NCBI GenBank assembly: GCA_965204285.1 | Contig: OZ241980.1 | Coordinates: 261,811-325,810 of the forward strand | Reading direction: 5' to 3' | Source: Candidatus Poribacteria bacterium | GTDB lineage: Bacteria > Poribacteria > WGA-4E > WGA-3G | DNA length: 64,000 bases | The notes under the pieces: model-generated | What the model saw: the letters and a program-made list of their open reading frames with translations, nothing else | What the model was told of the DNA's origin: nothing | Databases searched by the model: none | Made by a program: the position numbers and the translations under genes | Part shown: positions 60,046 through 64,000 of the stretch, in pieces | Layout of the letters: each line of letters starts with the position of its first letter | Numbering within the stretch: the stretch's first letter is position 1

Positions 60046-62754
60046 ATGTCTATACAGATCGAAAACCGACTTACTGAATATATTCCGAACCTAAATATCT
60101 CCCAAGAAGTGTTGCAAAAACAGTTGGGAGCTTTCATCCAATCGGAGCGGGAGCAACTCAAAGAACAGATACTGAATGGAGAAAGCGGGTTTTCTGCGTG
60201 CGCTATGCACACACAGATATGGGATGCTGTGATCCAGAAAGTTTACGAAGTCGCTTCCTATCAAATTCAGGATGAATACAATAAACAGGTTGAAGAACTC
60301 CTCAAGATACCGGGTGTTGATTACAGTGATTTCTCAGATGAAATTCCTGACGAATGGACACCTGATGTTGCGCTGTATGGTGTAGGGAGCTACGGTAGAA
60401 ATGAACTCTGCTTCTATTCAGACGTTGATGTTGTGTATACCTCTTCTGTTGATCTTGAGGATGTATATGACGAAGGCACTTTAGAACTTATCCGTTGGTT
60501 CTACGATTTTTTTGATAGCCTACATACGGTGATTCCTGGCTTTGAGTTTAGTTTTATCTACCGTCCGATGGCAGATATAACCAAGTGGAATTATCAAGAC
60601 ATGACCGCACTGATTGATATGCGGTTTATCATAGGAGATACGACACTAACAGAAAAGTTTCGAAAAGCGGTCCATTCCGATAAATCTGACATTTCACTTG
60701 TGCTGGACCTCCTTCAATCAAAAGCGGATTCCTTTAAAGCCTCCGAGGATACGATCTATCTAAATCAACCTGATATAAAAACAGGTCGTGGTGGGTTAAG
60801 AACACTTCAGTACGCCCTCTGGATGTGCGGACTTCCTCAGTTTACCTCAATACTTGAACTCTACCAACGTTATGATGACGAACAATTAATGCCATCTCTC
60901 GATTTTATGTTCAAGGTTCGCAATTTGTTACATGTTTTAGCAGATGCACCACACGATTCACTCTCTTTTCACCCTGAACAAGAGGACACACTTCAGTCGC
61001 AAATTGCAACAGCACTCGGTTACTCAGACAAAACGGAGGATTCCCGTTATGATTTTATGGCGGACTATTACGCCAAAGCTAAATACCTTCATTTTAAAGC
61101 GGAACTATTGATACGGAAGTTTCTTGCAAACGGAATACCAGTTTCCGATGTACTCGGTGTTCGGACAGATGTGCTTTACTGTATTGATAACAATTTCGGT
61201 GAACTTGATACAGATGAACTATTTAAACTATTTGCTTATTTCCAACAGTACGATTTTGAGATTGACCCATCGCTTGCAACCTTTATTTTCGCCTATGTTG
61301 ATGCGTTTGATTGGGACCGTTTTAAACCGAGAATGGCTGAACTCATAAACACACCCGGTAATGTAGAAAAAAGTTTCACGCGTTTACACAGACTCGGTAT
61401 TCTTTCACGGCTCGGTGAAGGTGGAGAACGTTTTGAAAAAGCGATGATGACACGGAGCGAACGCAGCCTTGATCCATACACCGTTGGGAAACACACACTT
61501 GTCGCGATCAGCCATCTTGATGAAATTCGCCGCACTGAATCAAGTAGTCCGTTTGGGGGTGCCCGCCTCGGTCAACCGACAACTCCTTCTCAAAACTCTG
61601 AGTTAGAGGAATTGAACACCGCCTTTCGTTCCCTTTCCGAACCAGCATCATTGTATATGGCACTTTTTCTCCACGATATTGATAAACCTGACCCAACTCA
61701 TCCTGAAACGGGAGCAGAAAAAGCAAAACGTATCGCGCCAGAATTTGGGTTTAATCCGCAACAGACAGATGAGATAAGTTTTCTGATTCGAGAACATCTC
61801 ACTATGATTACATTGGCACGCTACCACCAATGGGATGAAGGCACAATTTCAGAGTTTTGTGAAAAGGTTAATTCCCTTGAACGTCTAACTGCACTTTATC
61901 TGCTGACCTATTGCGATTCAAAAGCGAACGGTTCCCAAAACTTTAGCAATCTCGTAAAACATAACCTAAAACGGTTATACGAAGTTGTACGCGTGCGTTT
62001 CGTAGGTCAAGAGGAATCTCAGTGGGGTGTTTCCGCACCGCCAGCAGAATTTCAGCATTTTCTCCATCAGATGCCGGTCACTTATCGTATCGGTATTCCG
62101 CCAGAGGAGATTCCCATGCACATGAAAATGATTACGCAAGCGGAGGCAACACCTTCTGATGATTCGGATCGGACAGCAAATGCGGCTATCCTCCAATTCG
62201 TTGACAAACCGGGTTTTACAGAATTGCATCTTTGTGGTCATAGTCGTGTCGGGAAACTGCACACAGTGAGCGGACTGTTTTTTGCAAATAACATTGATGT
62301 TCGTGATGCACGCGTCTATACGAAACAGGATTCGCAAATTGAGTTGGAAATTTATCGTCTTGTGCATCAACCATCACATTCCACCGCTGAACCATTGCCG
62401 CTTGACGAAGAATTAAAACGGGATTTAGATTTTGACATTCGAAGCTTGATGGCACGAGAAGTAACGCTGGAACAGATTTTTGAAAAACACTATGTAGACC
62501 CGACCGGAACATGGCGAGTAGACGATGTTGCTGTAGAAACTGCAAGGAATTACACAGAAATCGTTGTGACAGGAGAAGAGAAGGTCGGTTTTCTGCACTA
62601 TTTCAGCGGGATTTTGGCAAAATTGGGGTTAAACGTTGAGATGTGTAAATGTTCTGGTTTGGGAGGACAAGCGGTTGACCGATTTTATGTGCAACCTGTC
62701 GCCGACCCACAAAAGGTGCGTGATCAAATTTTAGCGGAGTTACCAACTGAATAG
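60046..62754 (+). CDS. glnD: [protein-PII] uridylyltransferase / uridylyl-removing enzyme
   Basis: Nucleotidyltransferase motif GVGSYGRNELCFYSDVDV, an HD domain (LFLHDIDKPD) and two C-terminal ACT-like domains. 902 aa. Confidence 0.65.
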   Translation: MSIQIENRLTEYIPNLNISQEVLQKQLGAFIQSEREQLKEQILNGESGFSACAMHTQIWDAVIQKVYEVASYQIQDEYNKQVEELLKIPGVDYSDFSDEIPDEWTPDVALYGVGSYGRNELCFYSDVDVVYTSSVDLEDVYDEGTLELIRWFYDFFDSLHTVIPGFEFSFIYRPMADITKWNYQDMTALIDMRFIIGDTTLTEKFRKAVHSDKSDISLVLDLLQSKADSFKASEDTIYLNQPDIKTGRGGLRTLQYALWMCGLPQFTSILELYQRYDDEQLMPSLDFMFKVRNLLHVLADAPHDSLSFHPEQEDTLQSQIATALGYSDKTEDSRYDFMADYYAKAKYLHFKAELLIRKFLANGIPVSDVLGVRTDVLYCIDNNFGELDTDELFKLFAYFQQYDFEIDPSLATFIFAYVDAFDWDRFKPRMAELINTPGNVEKSFTRLHRLGILSRLGEGGERFEKAMMTRSERSLDPYTVGKHTLVAISHLDEIRRTESSSPFGGARLGQPTTPSQNSELEELNTAFRSLSEPASLYMALFLHDIDKPDPTHPETGAEKAKRIAPEFGFNPQQTDEISFLIREHLTMITLARYHQWDEGTISEFCEKVNSLERLTALYLLTYCDSKANGSQNFSNLVKHNLKRLYEVVRVRFVGQEESQWGVSAPPAEFQHFLHQMPVTYRIGIPPEEIPMHMKMITQAEATPSDDSDRTANAAILQFVDKPGFTELHLCGHSRVGKLHTVSGLFFANNIDVRDARVYTKQDSQIELEIYRLVHQPSHSTAEPLPLDEELKRDLDFDIRSLMAREVTLEQIFEKHYVDPTGTWRVDDVAVETARNYTEIVVTGEEKVGFLHYFSGILAKLGLNVEMCKCSGLGGQAVDRFYVQPVADPQKVRDQILAELPTE

Positions 62755-63516
62755 ATGAAACAACGAGTACTTATCACAGGTGCTGCGGGAACGGTAGGTT
62801 CAGCACTCTGGAAAGCATGGGAAAAACAGGATTTATACACGTTAACCCTGATGGACATCAATTCAATTGAGGGATCGACGTCTCGCGTGGTGCAGGCAGA
62901 TATTCGGGATTATCCTGAAATGCAAGCGTTGTGTCAAGAACAAGATGTTTTGGTGCATCTGGCTTATGTCCGTCAAGATTCACTTGGCAAAAATCCAGGT
63001 GAAGTCAGCGACATCGGTGCGTCAATGAATTTGTTTGAGGCTGCACGAGAAGGTGGAATTCAAAAGATCGTATACGCCAGCACAAATCATGTGTCAGGAT
63101 GGAATGAGCGATTGAGTTCACCGCCAAAGTTCTCAACTGGCGATCAATTCAGACCTGACGGTTGGTATGGCGCGATGAAAGGCATGGCAGAAATTGCGGG
63201 ACGATACCTTGTTGATGCACACGATATGCGGTTCATCAGTATCCGAATTGGCAGCTTCAACGGCACTTATGAGCCGAATGGGCTTAGGCATTGCAGCACA
63301 CTTTTGACACCGCGCGATTGCGTGCAACTGTTCGGGTTAGCTGTGGATTACGATGGCCCTGTCAAATATCTAATTACCTATGGTCGTTCAGCGAATTCAG
63401 ATGGATATCAACAGAGTTATCTTGACATTAGTGACGCGGTTGAAGTGTTAGGTTACGATCCCCAAGACAACTTGATTAAGACACATCTACACAAATTTTT
63501 GCAGAACGAAGAATGA
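62755..63516 (+). CDS. NAD-dependent epimerase/dehydratase (SDR)
   Basis: ITGAAGTVGS Rossmann motif and YGAMK catalytic motif. Confidence 0.6.
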   Translation: MKQRVLITGAAGTVGSALWKAWEKQDLYTLTLMDINSIEGSTSRVVQADIRDYPEMQALCQEQDVLVHLAYVRQDSLGKNPGEVSDIGASMNLFEAAREGGIQKIVYASTNHVSGWNERLSSPPKFSTGDQFRPDGWYGAMKGMAEIAGRYLVDAHDMRFISIRIGSFNGTYEPNGLRHCSTLLTPRDCVQLFGLAVDYDGPVKYLITYGRSANSDGYQQSYLDISDAVEVLGYDPQDNLIKTHLHKFLQNEE

Positions 63517-64000
63517 ATGCCGAACCTCGTTACAATGACATCTACTACAGATGCACAACCTCCCACTCGCAGATAATTGAGGCGGTAGAAAATAATGCCG
63601 TTCCTTTGCATGAGATACCTTCTCCTATTGATTGGAATAAACTCTTTGGCAACACACATCCGGTTGAAATTGAGGTTGGACCCGGCAAGGGGCGATTTCT
63701 CCTTGAAGCGTCAAAGCAATATCCCAATATTAACTATATCGGTGTGGAACGTGCACAAAAATATGTGGAAATCACACGAGAAAGGTTTAGAAAATATATG
63801 CGGCATTTCTCAGTAGAGAGGAATTCAGGCATGTTTGCAAATGTTCGCCTTGCATGGACTGATGCCAATTACTTTTTAACACGTTACGTGCCTGATGAAT
63901 CGGTGCAAGCATATCATATCTATTTTCCCGACCCGTGGCCGAAAGCACGGCAGCAAAAGCGGAGAATTTTTCGTAACAAAGATTTCCTCTCTGCCATCAC
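63513..64000 (+). CDS. trmB: tRNA (guanine46-N7)-methyltransferase, 3' partial
   Basis: ATGA overlap with the upstream gene. VEIEVGPGKGRFLLEASKQYPNINYIGVE and FPDPWPKARQQKRR signature. It runs off the window end. Confidence 0.75.
   Translation, partial: MNAEPRYNDIYYRCTTSHSQIIEAVENNAVPLHEIPSPIDWNKLFGNTHPVEIEVGPGKGRFLLEASKQYPNINYIGVERAQKYVEITRERFRKYMRHFSVERNSGMFANVRLAWTDANYFLTRYVPDESVQAYHIYFPDPWPKARQQKRRIFRNKDFLSAI

Noticed and set aside
63595-63816. 73-aa ORF
   Set aside because: It is out of frame within trmB, whose frame carries the diagnostic FPDPWPK signature.
1-64000. tRNA, rRNA or tmRNA genes in intergenic regions
   Set aside because: Visual scanning of the intergenic stretches found only the palindromic repeats. 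No cloverleaf-compatible sequences with GTTC...CCA-type features were seen. This cannot be fully excluded without tRNAscan-type software.

Overview
The window is 64 kb of bacterial chromosome, most likely from an uncultivated lineage. The gene content is rich in Gfo/Idh/MocA oxidoreductases, PhyH-type dioxygenases, an FGE-domain protein, a sulfatase-like hydrolase and PorV/PorQ-like barrels, which is compatible with an FCB/PVC-like organism. That placement is an inference, not established here.

The first ~18 kb is an accessory region. It holds a tandem family of unusual single-polypeptide proteins: an ECF-type sigma-70 domain, one TM helix, and a large BNR/Asp-box beta-propeller ectodomain. 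One copy is cut by the window start, one is split in frame by an IS982-family insertion, and one is intact.

Between these copies lies an islet of small, lineage-specific secreted, lipo- and membrane-protein genes (3.3-10.5 kb). Two of them sit behind a near-identical 83-bp element carrying an AATTGCA-N16-TGCAATT inverted repeat. The islet ends with a minimal SNase-like nuclease.

Two families of palindromic intergenic repeats are scattered through the window. One is REP-like with 8 sites, including a tandem array that superficially resembles CRISPR. The other is MITE-like with 12-bp terminal inverted repeats.

The remainder is mostly housekeeping and catabolic genes: miaB, map, ccmC, gmhA, trpB, glnD and trmB, five Gfo/Idh/MocA oxidoreductases, four PhyH dioxygenases, an SGNH hydrolase, a TIM-barrel isomerase, and an ActP-like symporter with its DUF4212 partner. 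Three things in this part stand out: a UvrD-type helicase with an embedded GIY-YIG nuclease domain, a Uma2-Fic-MoxR gene cluster, and a second Uma2 gene. No rRNA, tRNA or CRISPR was recognised.
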